A DNA stretch of 64,000 nt from Squalus acanthias. Taxonomy: Eukaryota. Shown here piece by piece: positions 39,575-51,900 of this stretch; position 1 is the first letter of the stretch, and every line of letters begins with the position of its first letter. The stretch covers positions 62,001 to 126,000 of the forward strand of contig JASTWF010000334.1 in NCBI GenBank assembly GCA_030390025.1, given 5' to 3'. The notes under the pieces were generated by a model, which did no database searches, was not told the DNA's origin, and saw nothing but the letters and a program-made list of their open reading frames with translations. The position numbers and the translations under genes are program-made.

Positions 39575-41044
39575 AGGTGTGGTGCCGGAGGACTGGGGAA
39601 CTGCTAATGTGGTACCCTTGTTTAAAAAGGGAGAAAAGGATAGACCGAGTAATTACAGGCCAGTCAGCCTAACTTTGGTGGTGTGAAAATTATTGGAAAG
39701 GATTCTGAAGGACAGGATAAATCTTCATTTAGAAAGACGCGGATTAATCAAGGATAGTCAGCACGGATTTGTTAAGGGAAGGTCGTGTCTGACAAACTTG
39801 ATTGAATTTTTTGAGGAGGTAACAAGGAGGGTAGATGAGGGTAGTGCATTTGATGTAGTGTATATGGACTTTAGCAAGGCTTTTGATAAGGTTCCACATG
39901 GCAGACTGGTCATGAAGTTAAAAGCCCATGGGATCCAGGGCAAAGTGTCAAGTTGGATTTAAAACTGGCTTGGAGACAGGAAGCAGAGGGTAATGGTTGA
40001 TGGGTGTTTTTGTCACTGGAAGGCTGTTTCCAGTGGGGTTCTGCAGGGTCAGTACTAGGTCCCTTGCTTTTGTGGTATATATCAACGATCTTGACTTGAA
40101 TATAGGGGGTATAATGAAGAAGTTTGCAGATGATACTAAAATTGGCTGTGTGGTTGATAGTGAAGAAGGAAGCTGTAGACTGCAGGAAGATATCAATAAA
40201 TTGGTCAGGTGGGCAGAACAGTGGCAAATGGAATTCAATCCGGAGAAGTGTGAGGTAATGCATTTGTGGAGGGCTAACAAGGAAAGGGAATACACATTAA
40301 ATGGTAGGACACTGAGTAGTGTAGAGGAACAAAGGGACCTTGGAGTGCATGTCCACAGATCCCTGAAGGTAGCAGGCCAAGTAGATAAGGTGGTTAAGAA
40401 GGCATACGGAATGCTTGCCTTTATTAGCCGGGGCATAGAATACAAGAGCAGGGGGGTTATACTTCAACTGTATAAAACACTAGTTAGGCCTCAGCTAGAG
40501 TACTGCATGCAGTTCTGGTCACCACATTACAGGAAAGATGTGATTGCAGTAGAGAGGGTACAGAGGAGATTTACAAGGATGTTGCCGAGAGTAGAGAATC
40601 TTAGCTATGAGAAAAGACTGGATAGGCTGGGTCTGTTTTCCTTGGAACAGAGGAGGCTGAGGGGAGACCTTATTGAGGTGTATAAAATTATGAGGGGCAT
40701 AGATAAAGTGGATAGAAAGGACCTATTTCCCTGAGCAGAGGGGTCAAAAGCCAGGGGGCACATATTTAAAGTAATTGGGGGAGGGTTTAGAGGGGATTTG
40801 ATGGGAAATTTCTTCACCCAGAGGGTTGTGGGGGTCTGGAACTCACTGCCTGAAAGGGTGGTAGTGGCAGAAACCTGAACCACATTTAAAAAGTACTTGG
40901 ATGTGCACTTGGGATGCTGTAACCTGCAGGGCTACGGACCAAGAGCTGGGAAGTGGGATTAGGCTGGATAGCTCTTTGCTGGCCGGCGCAGACACGATGG
41001 GCCGAAATGGCCTTCTTCCATGCTGTAACTTTCTATGATTGTAT
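39575..41044 (+). mobile_element. CR1 LINE RT, 5'-truncated; tail microsatellite resumes at 58898
   Basis: QHGFVKGRSCLTNL and FADD; ttctatgatt tail split by Harbinger B. Confidence 0.9.
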
Positions 41045-42146
41045 GGGCTCGATTTTGCCAGACCTGAGGAGGCAGGATTGGAGGCGTGTGAGGTGGTAAA
41101 ATCGGAAAAACCGATCCCGCCTCCATCCCGCCTCCGAGCAAATTTCCCAAATGTGTGTTTTTTGACCCCGTTTACATCCCGCCTCCAAGAGGCGGGATAG
41201 GCCCTTAAGGCCCTTAACAACCAGTTAAGTGCCTCTATAATCCCATTTTGAGAGGCCTATCTGATTTTCCCACTTTTCCCACGTCCTGCACGTCTCCTCT
41301 GGAACACGCCAGTGAATCCTGGCGGCCTCACAAGTGGATTGCTTACTAACAGCTGCAGTTCCACCATTAAAAAGGAGTTTTCAGCAATCATCATTTGCAG
41401 GTGGCAGAACTTTGTTGTCTAAGGTCTGGGGGAACTTTTAGCAGGCATACCCATTGTTGTGGAAGTTTGGAGCCTGACACCCATCTCCAGTGTGACCTCC
41501 TGGGAAACCCCTCTCGCCACCTTGACTGAGCGCTTCCTCAACTGAGGCATATACCAGAAGCATGGAAACCATTTATTTCCTTTCCTCCTGGACATCAGAT
41601 TCGGACGAAGACCAACCATGGCAGTAGCTGAACCATGAACAACAGCACCACCAACAGCAGCAGCAACAACAGGAGCGCCAAGCTGCTGCTCACCCACCTG
41701 TAGCTGCACAGGCCAGAGGGCGCCAGCGTGTGACCACACTGCTGCCCGGGATGCAAGGGACGCATTCATCTTGGCCAGATTTGCTTAGCCTGCACAAACA
41801 AACACTTTTGCCTCGCACCTTCTTAGCAGACCATTGACAATGGCCAAGAACCTACGGATTCCTATCACTCTGACCACCATACTGACAATTGTAAGTCGCC
41901 CTAAGCCCTCAATGTGGAAGTCCCATTAGCGAAATGACACACGCCACAACTGCAACAGTTTGCCATCAGAATTTTTTATGACAATAAGCAACTGATGGCT
42001 TTTCAAAATTAAACACAACATTACACTCAAGTGACTACCCTTGTGATTACTTGTGCATTATCTTCCTCTTACGTGTGCTCCTACGTGGTGCTTCCCCTGT
42101 GGCTTCAGCAGATGTGGAGGCCCCTTGCTCACTTTCTTGCTGCTCC

Positions 42147-44145
42147 TGTGGCTAACAAGGGAAATTAGGGATAGCATAAGATCCAAGGAGAGGGCATATA
42201 AATTGGGCAGAAAAAGCGGCAGCCCTGAGGATTGGGAGCAGTTTAGGATTCAACAAAGGAGGACAAAGGGATTAATTAAGAAGGGGAAAATAGAATATGA
42301 AAGTAAGCTTGCTGGGAACATAAACACTGACTGTAAGAGCTTTTATAGATATGTGAAGAGAAAAAGATTAGTGAAATCAAGTGTAGGTCCCTTGCAGTCA
42401 GAAGCAGGGGAAGTTATAATGGGGAACAAAGAAATGGCAGACCAATTAAATGCATATTTTGGTTCTGTCTTCACAAAGGAGGACACAAATAACCTCCCAG
42501 AGATGTTGGAGAACATACGGTCTGATGAAAGGGAGGAACTGAAAGAAATCAGTATTTGCAGGGAAATGGTGTTAGGGAAATTGACGGGATTGAAGGCCGA
42601 TAAATCCCCAGGGCCTGATAATCTACATCCTAGGGTACTTAAGGAAGTGGCCCTAGAAATAGTAGATGCATTGCTGATCATCTTCCAACATTCGATGGAA
42701 TCTGGAACTGTAACCATGGATTGGAGGGTAGCTAATGTTACCCCACTATTCAAAAAGGGTGGTAGAGAGAAAGCGGGGAATTACAGACCGGTAAGCCTGA
42801 CATCGGTATTGGGGAAAATGCTAGAGTCCATTATAAAGGATGTAATAGCTGAGCACTTGAAAAACAGTGACAGGATCGGACAAAGTCAACATGGATTTAC
42901 AAAAGGCAAATCGTGCTTGACTAATCTACTGGAATTTTTTGAGGATGTAACTGGGAAAATAGATAAGGGAGAACCAGTAGATGTGGTGTATTTGGACTTT
43001 CAAAAGGCTTTTGATAAGGTCCCGCATAAGAGATTAGCGTGTAAATTTAAGGCACATGGGATTGGGGGCAAGGTATTGACTTGGATAGAGAACTGGTTGG
43101 TGGACAGAAAGCAGAGAGTAGGAATTAATGGGTCTTTTTCCGAGTGGCAAGCAGTGACTAGTGGGGTACCGCAGGAATCGGTCCTTGGACCCCAGCTATT
43201 CACAATATACATTAATGATCTAGATAAGGGAACTAGATGTAATATCTCCAAGTTTGCAGATGACACAAAGCTGGGTGGGAGTGTGTGCTGCGAGGAGGAT
43301 ACCGAGAAACTCCAGGATGATTTGGACAGGTTGGGTGAGTGGGCAGAAGCGTGGCAGATGCAATATAACGTGGATAAGTGCGAGGTCATCCACTTTGGTG
43401 TCAAAAACAGAAAGGCAGACTATTATCTGAATGGCAATAGATTGGGAGAAGGGGAAGTGCAACGAGACCTGGGTGTCCTTGTGCACCAGTCGCTGAAAAT
43501 AAGCATGCAGGTGCAGCAGGCGGTAAAGAAGGCAAATGGTATGTTGGCCTTCATAGCGAAAGGGTTTGAGTATAGGAACAGGGATGTCCTGCTGCAGTTG
43601 TACAGGGTCTTGGTGAGACCACACCTTGAGTACTGTGTGCAGTTTTGGTCGCCTTATCTGAGGAAGGATGTTCTTGCCATGGAAGGAGTTCAGCGAAGAT
43701 TCACAAAGCTGATACTCGCTGGAGTATAGAAGAATGAGAGGGGATCTCATCGAAACATATAAAATTCTGACAGGTCTGGACAAACTAGGTGCAGGAAGAA
43801 TGTTCCCGATGGTCGGAGAGTCCAGAACCAGGGGTCAGAATCTAAGGATAAGGGGTAAGCCATTTAGGACAGAAATGAGGAAGAATTTCTTCACCCAGAG
43901 AGTGGTGAACCTGTGGAATTCTCTACCACAGAAGGTAGTTGAGGCCAAGTCATTAAATATATTCAAGAATGAGTTAGATATATTTCTTATTTCTTAAAGC
44001 TAAAGGTATCAAGGGATATGGGGAGAAGGCAGGTACAGGGTACTGAGTTTGGATGATCAGCCATGATCTCATCGAATGGCGGAGCAGGCTCGAGGGGCCG
44101 AATGGCCTACTCCTGCTCCTATCTTCTATGTTTCTATGTTTCTAT
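42147..44145 (+). mobile_element. Young CR1 LINE with a long open ORF2 segment
   Basis: 558-aa ORF with full RT motifs, a small internal deletion near 43715, and a (tttctatg)n tail. Confidence 0.95.
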
Positions 44146-45517
44146 GACACCTTTGGCGGGCGTCCTCTGGGGTTGCGAACCTGTGAGGGCTCGGCAACAG
44201 TCTGCTGCTACTGCAGCTGTGCAGGGGTTAAGACGCCGATCTCAGTTGGGTGGGGAACCTGGTGTGGGGCTCTGACCGAGGGCTATGCAGTGGCATGGTC
44301 GTGTGAGCGCTTGGAGAGGAGCCCCCACTTCCTTGTTGTATGCCACCAACATCCCTCTCATGGGTCAGCCCCACTTCAGAGCTAGCAAGGGGCTGGACAG
44401 CACCTTGCTGCACTGCAGGTGGGCCATGAGGACCCGTTTCTGCACTGGAAGTCCTACTCCAGAGGACTTGCATGAAGGTCTGGTTTGTTTGCTCAATAGC
44501 TGACCATCGCTCCTCAAGAGATGTCAGTCTATTCTGAACAATTACCATGTTTTCCATACCCTGGCGACTAAGCTCTTCCATGGACATAGCCATCCTCTCC
44601 TCTACCGTAGCCATTCCCTACTCTACGGTAGCTAGCCTTACCAAGGAGGTTTCCATCCTTTCCGTGGTGATGCGTTCATGCGCCAATGCCTTTACAAAGG
44701 CTTTGCTCATGTTAGCGATGGACTCCTCCATTCGCTCCACACTCGCAGCGACCCTGGAGACAAAACCTGCCAGAGACTCCTGCACCTGTTCCTGGAGTTC
44801 CAGCACCGCTCTCCTTCTGGATGGACCCGGAGGCACAGGGTCGACATGCAGCGGAGCTGAGCTGGGAGTGTCCTCTCCACTGCGATGAGGACTCTCCACT
44901 GCTGTTCCTGTCTCCACCATCTGCTGATGCTCACTTGTGAGCTGTGATACACCAGGTGATAACTCTACTCTATGTCCCGAAGGTCCCACCGAGGTGTGAG
45001 TGTCTGCGCTGGTGCTGGGTGCGCTGAATTCTGCTGACGGAGCGCACTCAGAGGTTGCAGCTTCCTCTGAGGAGTCTTGAAGCTCAGGCTCTTCCTCCTG
45101 GACAGTGGGGATGGGGGCTCTCGATGGTCCTGTGGGGGAGTAAAGGAAAGAGTTAGAGATTTGAGGTAAAGGTTGCATGCACATTGAATTGTGCAGATGA
45201 CCATAAGTCAATCTGTTAGAGCATCAGAATCATTATCAGTCACTCATGCAAAGTCAATGAGAGAGATGCCAAACTATTCTGTCACCAGCTTGCTGTGATG
45301 CGCCCCCGTGTCCATCCCCCACTTGGGAATCCTCCTCGATCCCAGCAATTTCCAGGGCCGCCTCCTCCGAGGTGGTGAGCTGGGCTACTGAGGGTGGCGC
45401 TCCTCCTGTCCTCGCTCTTTCCCTCTTATTGTGGGCTCTCTTTTCCTGTAATGAGGGACACAAGTGGAGTTTGAGTGAGAATGAAAGAGTGAGTGTAGAG
45501 AATCCATAGCATAGATG

Positions 45518-47133
45518 TGTAGAATTCGCAATTATCGCGATTTCATTTTATTAAGGAGAAAACACAAGTTTCATTCAAAACAGCTTTTATTTCAGCGGAA
45601 TGCTGTCAGGTTTAAATTGGACACAAGCAGCCTGTAAAATGGCCGCCGCACCGCGTGACAGAACATTCGAGACTTTTCGGCAGGCAGACAAGATGGCGTT
45701 CCAATAAACATTTTTTTTTTGCAGGATCGATAACGATTCAGCACAGTGAAGACAATACACAGGACATTATGGGTTTACAGTATAAACATCGATACTGGGA
45801 TCGGTCTCCCAGGTACAAAGGAAAGCCATCAAGGGCCCATCCAAAGGACATTAATATGTAAACTCCCAACGGCTCTACGATGAGAGAGCCGTTAGCAGGT
45901 AGTTATACAGGACATTTGGAAGCCCCAAACCCCTCCAGGGGGAACACCGACCGATTTAACAATGGGAGAAGTATTAGCAGGTACTCAAACATTCAGGAGT
46001 AGCCCCGAAACCCATTAAAGACAGAGATCACCCATACAGGACTTTTTGGGCGCCAAACCTTAAACAAAAGAATGGACATTATAGTTGGGCGGGAAACGGA
46101 AGAACTGTGCACTATAATTGCAGGCCCAAACCGTCCATTCGCTCTCTTGCTCTTTTGCTCTTGACTCTTGCCGCTTGCTGCTGTTATCATCGTGGCTGCT
46201 CCTGTGTTTTATCCGGTCGATTCGTAACCTCGTGGCTGCTCCTGGGTAAAAGACTGTTGCAAAGACCTATGTTGGTAGCTGGCAGCGGAACCGAAGGCCC
46301 GGGATGAGATGAGATGAGATGAGAGGAGAAGAGAAGAAGACCTTATCCATCGCCACGGTCAGTAAATCCCGACCGCGCCTGTAGGTCGATCAGCCAAGTC
46401 TTCTTGACAACGAAGTTTTCTTCTTTAACAAGACATATTGCATCGACGATAACTGGACTGTGCAAACACATCGTATCAATGATATTGACAACGGTGCTCC
46501 ACCATACCCTGTATCCAACCAACAGAGGTCTTCACTACAGCGGACGGTCCAGCCGACTGACCGAGCAGCAGAAGCAGTAAACAAGTGGGACCAGGAGATC
46601 TCCTGACCAACACGTGGGTGCTGAGGTGGAAAACATCCGATCAGCTATTCGGGATTTCTCCGAGTTATTACGAGTGGTGAGCATGAGTCTCGGGATCCTA
46701 CGAAGCTAGTTTTAGGATAGTTATTGATAGGGGAGGGTTTAAAGTAAGGATATTTGTAATGTGTGCCCTATTTACGTTGTGCTGGTCGTTCCTCGTTTCC
46801 CTAAGAGTGATTATAACTGTTTGTAAGATTGTACTGTCATTCATCTGTGCATATGACATGTATTTCATAATTTTAAGTATCATGCAATAAAGATTTTCCA
46901 TTTCGTACCGTTCAAACCAAGTCTACATGAGTTTTATCTCCATTGCTGCTCTCGCATCTAAGTCCAGTGTCTAGAACCGTAAGGGAGAGTGATTCGAACC
47001 ACTCACAGGGGTGTCTAGTGTTCCCAGACTGGCTGGAGACCAGGCCTAGACCCGCACTGACATACAGGCTGCACAGAGCCGCGTGAACCTCACAGGTTAC
47101 GAGACACGCAGGGTCAGGAGAGTATCCCTTACA
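45518..47133 (+). repeat. 5' LTR (1616 bp)
   Basis: Repeated at a constant offset of 10993. GC box 46087, CGGAAG 46097, TATAAT 46113, AATAAA 46886, YY1-like AAAATGGCCGCC at about 45636. Confidence 0.97.
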
Positions 47134-47137
47134 GAAA

Positions 47138-48949
47138 ATGGCGACCGCGGCAGGACATTGGCAGCGAGAGGGTGGTGTGTTGGATTTTGGAATGACTGTA
47201 CGAAATGTGATGCAGGAAAAGATAGCGGATTACGTGTTTGGAAAGGTTAATCTAACGAAAAAGTGGATAAGCGAACTGTTAGCGGATAAGAGTCCACTAG
47301 AGGCAGCTGAAAGATGGACGGATAGTAAGGAGCATAAAAAGGCAGTTGAGAAAGCAGTCTGGCTTATGTGCTACAAAAGGCAGGTCCAGATTTCTAACCA
47401 GACCAATACAGCGCTAACCGCTCGAATCAAGCAGTTAGAGGAGGAAATGGAGGAGAAGGTTTCTGGAGGGGAGGTGCTCATTAAGAGTTTAAATGAGTTA
47501 CGCCAGGAAAGCCAGGAAGTCTCCAGCTACCTTAAAACAAGGGTAGAGTATCTCGAGTGCCAGATCACTGAAGCAAAATTAAACGAGAATAGGATGAAGG
47601 AAAGATGTAACCGTCAAGCTGCCCAGATAAGAACTCAAGAAGAGAGCTTAATGGGGGTTAGGTCGGCGTATAAGTTGGCCCTTGAGGATAAGTTTCAGGG
47701 AGCCGACCATAGCGCCTGCGAAAAAGAGATAGAGAGCCTCAAAAGGGCCGTGAATAATGCGAACGGCATGGTGTGCCTTATTAATCCGTCGGCACGCCAG
47801 CCGCTAGTAAATGAGAGATTTAGAAATTCCCCACCAAGTAAAGCAGAAGAAGTAGTAGCCACTGCGCCCTCCGCGCCACCCAGCTATTCAGAAACCTGGG
47901 TTAGGGAGGAAGCAACGGAAGAAACAAAAGAGCCCGTTGAAAAGGAAGTAGAAAAGGGATCGTTGTATCCAGTAACGGGGATTAAAAGGGGCCCAAGCAG
48001 AAACGGTGGGGAAGAACCGGGGGATCTCCTCGGACAGCTGGTGTTGCCTCACAGTTCACATCAGCTGAGGGCTATGATAAACCACGTAAGGAAGCTGACC
48101 GAGATAGACGACCCTTCCGTACATTTTAGGGAAGTTGAGCAAGCCGCAGCCATCAACGGCTGCGATGATGGGGAGACAGCAAAAATGCTGCTGTTCTCTT
48201 TAGATAGCTCGGTCCTTCAGTGTCTCTCAGGCGATAGCAAGAGGGGTAATAAAAGTTATGAGGAATTGAAAAATGAGGTCCTAGAAGTAGTGGGAGCGAA
48301 CGACGGAGGTCCGTTTGCTAGAGTGGGACAGACAGTGCAGATGGAGGGAGAACCCCCGAAGGTCTTTGCCGACAGGCTGTGGCCAGTATATGAGCGCAGC
48401 TGTCTAGGTGCGCCCGAGCGCGAAGATGTGGAAGGCGCCGCTTTAATTCATTGGCTTAGGTGCATAATAGCCAACAGTTTACCAGCCGTTAGAGAGCAGG
48501 CAAAAGCCTGGTTCGATCCCAATGACCTCAACCTTACGGAAGAGTCGGTCTTGAATCGACTCACGTTAGGTTACCGTAACATAAGGGGTATGGCAACACG
48601 TCCCTTTAAGGGAAGAGTACATGAGGTACGACCCGCAGCCCCGGCTCAAAGAGAGTGGCATCAGGAGGGTAATCGCGCCCCACAGGCAAGTAATGCCTGT
48701 TACGGGTGTGGGAAGACAGGGCACTGGCGCAAGCACTGCAGGAACCCTTGGAAGGATTCCAAGGATAAGAATCCCGCGGTCCGAGCCCAGGCGCCTGTCC
48801 CGGCTAAGGAAGCAAAGGTACCCACCTCTCCCGAAGACCTCGAAGCAGTGTTAGGAGTCATGCGCAAGATGGTTTTAAATGCGCGTGGACAGGTGGCGGT
48901 CGCAACCGGCCCCGTAGGTGCCGCAGGACCGTCTAATAGTGCCCCATGA
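47138..48949 (+). CDS. gag: Gag (603 aa): coiled coil, PSAPPSY late domain, capsid-like region, one CCHC knuckle
   Basis: CYGCGKTGHWRKHC at 48698-48739; PSAPPSY at 47867-47887; position directly after the LTR/PBS. Confidence 0.92.
   Translation: MATAAGHWQREGGVLDFGMTVRNVMQEKIADYVFGKVNLTKKWISELLADKSPLEAAERWTDSKEHKKAVEKAVWLMCYKRQVQISNQTNTALTARIKQLEEEMEEKVSGGEVLIKSLNELRQESQEVSSYLKTRVEYLECQITEAKLNENRMKERCNRQAAQIRTQEESLMGVRSAYKLALEDKFQGADHSACEKEIESLKRAVNNANGMVCLINPSARQPLVNERFRNSPPSKAEEVVATAPSAPPSYSETWVREEATEETKEPVEKEVEKGSLYPVTGIKRGPSRNGGEEPGDLLGQLVLPHSSHQLRAMINHVRKLTEIDDPSVHFREVEQAAAINGCDDGETAKMLLFSLDSSVLQCLSGDSKRGNKSYEELKNEVLEVVGANDGGPFARVGQTVQMEGEPPKVFADRLWPVYERSCLGAPEREDVEGAALIHWLRCIIANSLPAVREQAKAWFDPNDLNLTEESVLNRLTLGYRNIRGMATRPFKGRVHEVRPAAPAQREWHQEGNRAPQASNACYGCGKTGHWRKHCRNPWKDSKDKNPAVRAQAPVPAKEAKVPTSPEDLEAVLGVMRKMVLNARGQVAVATGPVGAAGPSNSAP
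47139..47156 (+). promoter_or_regulatory. Primer-binding site, tRNA-Arg(UCG)-like
   Basis: TGGCGACCGCGGCAGGAC is complementary to the 3' end of vertebrate tRNA-Arg(UCG) (...GTCCTGCCGCGGTCG-CCA, recalled from memory). Confidence 0.85.
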
Positions 48950-51900
48950 CTAGAACCAGCACAGCCCGTCTACCTGTGTCCGCTCAGCTATGATGCGTGG
49001 AGGCGACCTGTGGTGGAGATGGAGGTAGAGAAACAAAAGGGCAGTTATCTGTTGGACACGGGAGCTTCTTGCACCATAATCCATACAGATGACCCTTTTG
49101 ACTCGCCGCTATCTACCAAGGTCCCATTCACGCTAGCAGGGTTCACAGGGAAAGAACAGGCTGGCACGTTTTCCCTCCCGCTATCCATTCGTTTAGGAAC
49201 ACTTCGCTTTAAGTGGAAGTGTATACTGATGGCATGGCAAAAGGGGGGTGGAAGAGGTATTCTCGGGTCCGATCTGTTAGCGGGACACGGGATCCTCGTG
49301 GACCTCAGAAATCACTGTCTCTGGGGGGCTAAAGGGGAAAAAGGCGAAGTAATGGTGATTCAAGGGGAGGAAGAAACAGGGGTCCTGTGTACCGTACAGC
49401 CATCCGGAGGCTACGACCTCAGGCTTATGGTCGCAGATGTCCCAACGGACATGCAAACGTACGTGACAGATAATATGCACGCGTTTGCAACCCACAAGCA
49501 CGATTGTGGGAGGGTGGTCGGGTTTGAGGTCAGCGTAGATGGGGACCCCATGACCCGACCCCAAAAGCAGTATAACTTCCCCAAAGAAGCAGAACCCGAT
49601 ATGGAGGCAGCAATGTCTTCCTTGGTGCAGCAGGGCGTGTTGAGGCCGATAGCCACACACGTGAACTCCCCATTATGGCCGGTTAGGAAGCCGGATAATT
49701 CGTGGAGAGCCACGGTGGACTACAGAGTCCTTAACAGTAACATCCCCGCCTGCGCGCCCACAGTAGCAGCAGTTGCTGACCTAATAGGGAGCATCCCAGC
49801 GTCCGCGACCACGTTCACGGTGCTGGATATCTCGAACGGTTTTTGGTCCATCCCGCTGCGGCGAGAGGACCAGTACAAGTTTGCCTTTACGTTTAAAGGG
49901 CAACAGTACACGTGGAACTGCTTGCCACAAGGTTTCCACAATAGCCCCAGTATTTTTCACCAGTGTATGGCAGGGAGTTTAAAGGAGTTTAGTCAGCCCA
50001 ATCAGATAGTACAGTATGTGGATGATTTGCTCCTATTTACGGACTCAAGGGAGGAGCACGGACCACTGCTGGACGAGTTATTGGAGCTGTTAGCGAGAAA
50101 GGGTTTTAAAGTAAACCCAAAGAAAGCACGTATCGGTCAGCAGGAAGTAAAATTCCTGGGACTGACCCTACGCGCTGGGGAAAGAGCCATAGACAAAGCA
50201 AGGAGGGAGTCGGTGCAAGAATTACCGATTCCCAACAACGTAAGGGGTGTGAGGTCCTTCTTGGGACTGACCGGTTACTGCAGGGATTTTATCGAGGATT
50301 ATGCGGCCACAGCGGCGCCGCTCCTCCGACTCCTCCATAAGGGAGTAGAGTGGCTTTGGGACGAGGGCTGCCAAGCAGCCTTCGAGAAGTTAAAAAGGGA
50401 TCTGCAGACCGCGCCAGCCTTAGGGGCCATAGATGGGGGGAAGGAGTTTTTCCTGGAGGTAGCTGCCAGCGGAGACAGTTTAAGTGCCGTGCTGCTCCAA
50501 GAGCGTCACGGCAAGCTGAGGCCGGTTGTCTATTCATCCAGGGTATTAACGGATGTGGAGAGGAGTTTTTCCAATTGCGAAAGGCACCTTTTAGCCACGC
50601 ATTGGGCTGTGAAAAGATCAGCGATCTTCACAGGGCTCTCTCCCATCACTCTCCTCACACATCACACACCAACTAAGATGCTTCTGGATGGGAGGATTAA
50701 AGACGGGACCGTAAGCAGCGCACGCATTGCGCGTTGGACCCTTCTTCTCTCCCAGTTGGACATCAGAGTAAAAGGTCTTTGCGAGCCCAGGCTTGCGGCC
50801 AATTTGGTATACCCCGGTACAGCCCACCGGTGTTCGGTGGAGGGGGTGTGGGACGTCAACATAGGTTTACGGGCCGGGATACATCCCAATGGGCGCGAGA
50901 TTTATGTTGATGGGTCTAGCACAGTATCTGCTGGCGAGCGACTCACAGGGTGTGGAGTTTATGACCCTGCGGCAGACCTTGCCCTGGCGATCAAGCTCCC
51001 TAGCACCATGAGCGCGCAGCAGGCTGAGCTGTCTGCCGTGGTGTACGTGGTAACCCACCCAGACATTTTCCCAACCCCATACACGATTTGCTCGGACAGT
51101 ATGTTCACCTGCAATTCGTGTACGGAATACCTGGCCATCTGGTCCCGCCGTGGATACACCTCCGCGGACGGGCGACCTTTAACGGTAAAGCCCTTGCTGG
51201 AAAAGATCTTAGCAGCAGCAGTAGGGGAGGAAGGGGAGATTTTCATCCATAAGGTGAAAGCTCACTCCTCCACAGAGCCCCGTGGGGAGGGCAACCGGCA
51301 GGCGGATGCGCTAGCCAGGGAGGGTGCCCGCGACGGTACTTTCTGGAACCCCTATAGAACCGGACCCATAGCAGCGGTCCGAGGTGGGGACGGGAATACC
51401 GGGAACACCAGGGTAGCATTGCCCCTAGACCTTAAGACCGTCCAAGCCCAGGATCCCGCCCTAAAAGCAGTCCTAAAAACGATTGCTGAGGGGAGGCAGG
51501 TAGAAGGTCCGTACAGTACGGCAACCCTCTCAGTTAAGGAAGGCATGCTGTTCCGCGAGGAGCAGTGGGTTGTGCCGCAGCAGCACAGGAGGGAATTCCT
51601 CCAGTTGGCTCACGAGGGACCAGGGGCAGGGCACCCCGGGCCCGAGGTTACCTGGCAACGGGTAGAGCAAGCGGGATGGTGGCCAGGGCTCAGGGAACAA
51701 GTCCGCGAGTTCTGTGCAAACTGTCTTGTGTGCGCTGCAAACAACCCAGACCCCCAGAAAAGGAAGGTGCCCATGGGACACGTAAGAAGGGTAGAGGGAC
51801 CATGGCAGTCGATACAGATCGACTATATAGGACCCCTGCCCACCACCCAGGGAGGTTATAAGTACTGCCTCGTCCTGGTGGATGTGTTTTCCAAGTGGGT

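Noticed and set aside
45655..46901. Small ORFs within the LTR, including a 73-codon ATG-less frame at about 46385-46606
   Set aside because: Short, mostly non-ATG starts and no recognisable motifs; cannot be supported as accessory genes without transcript data.
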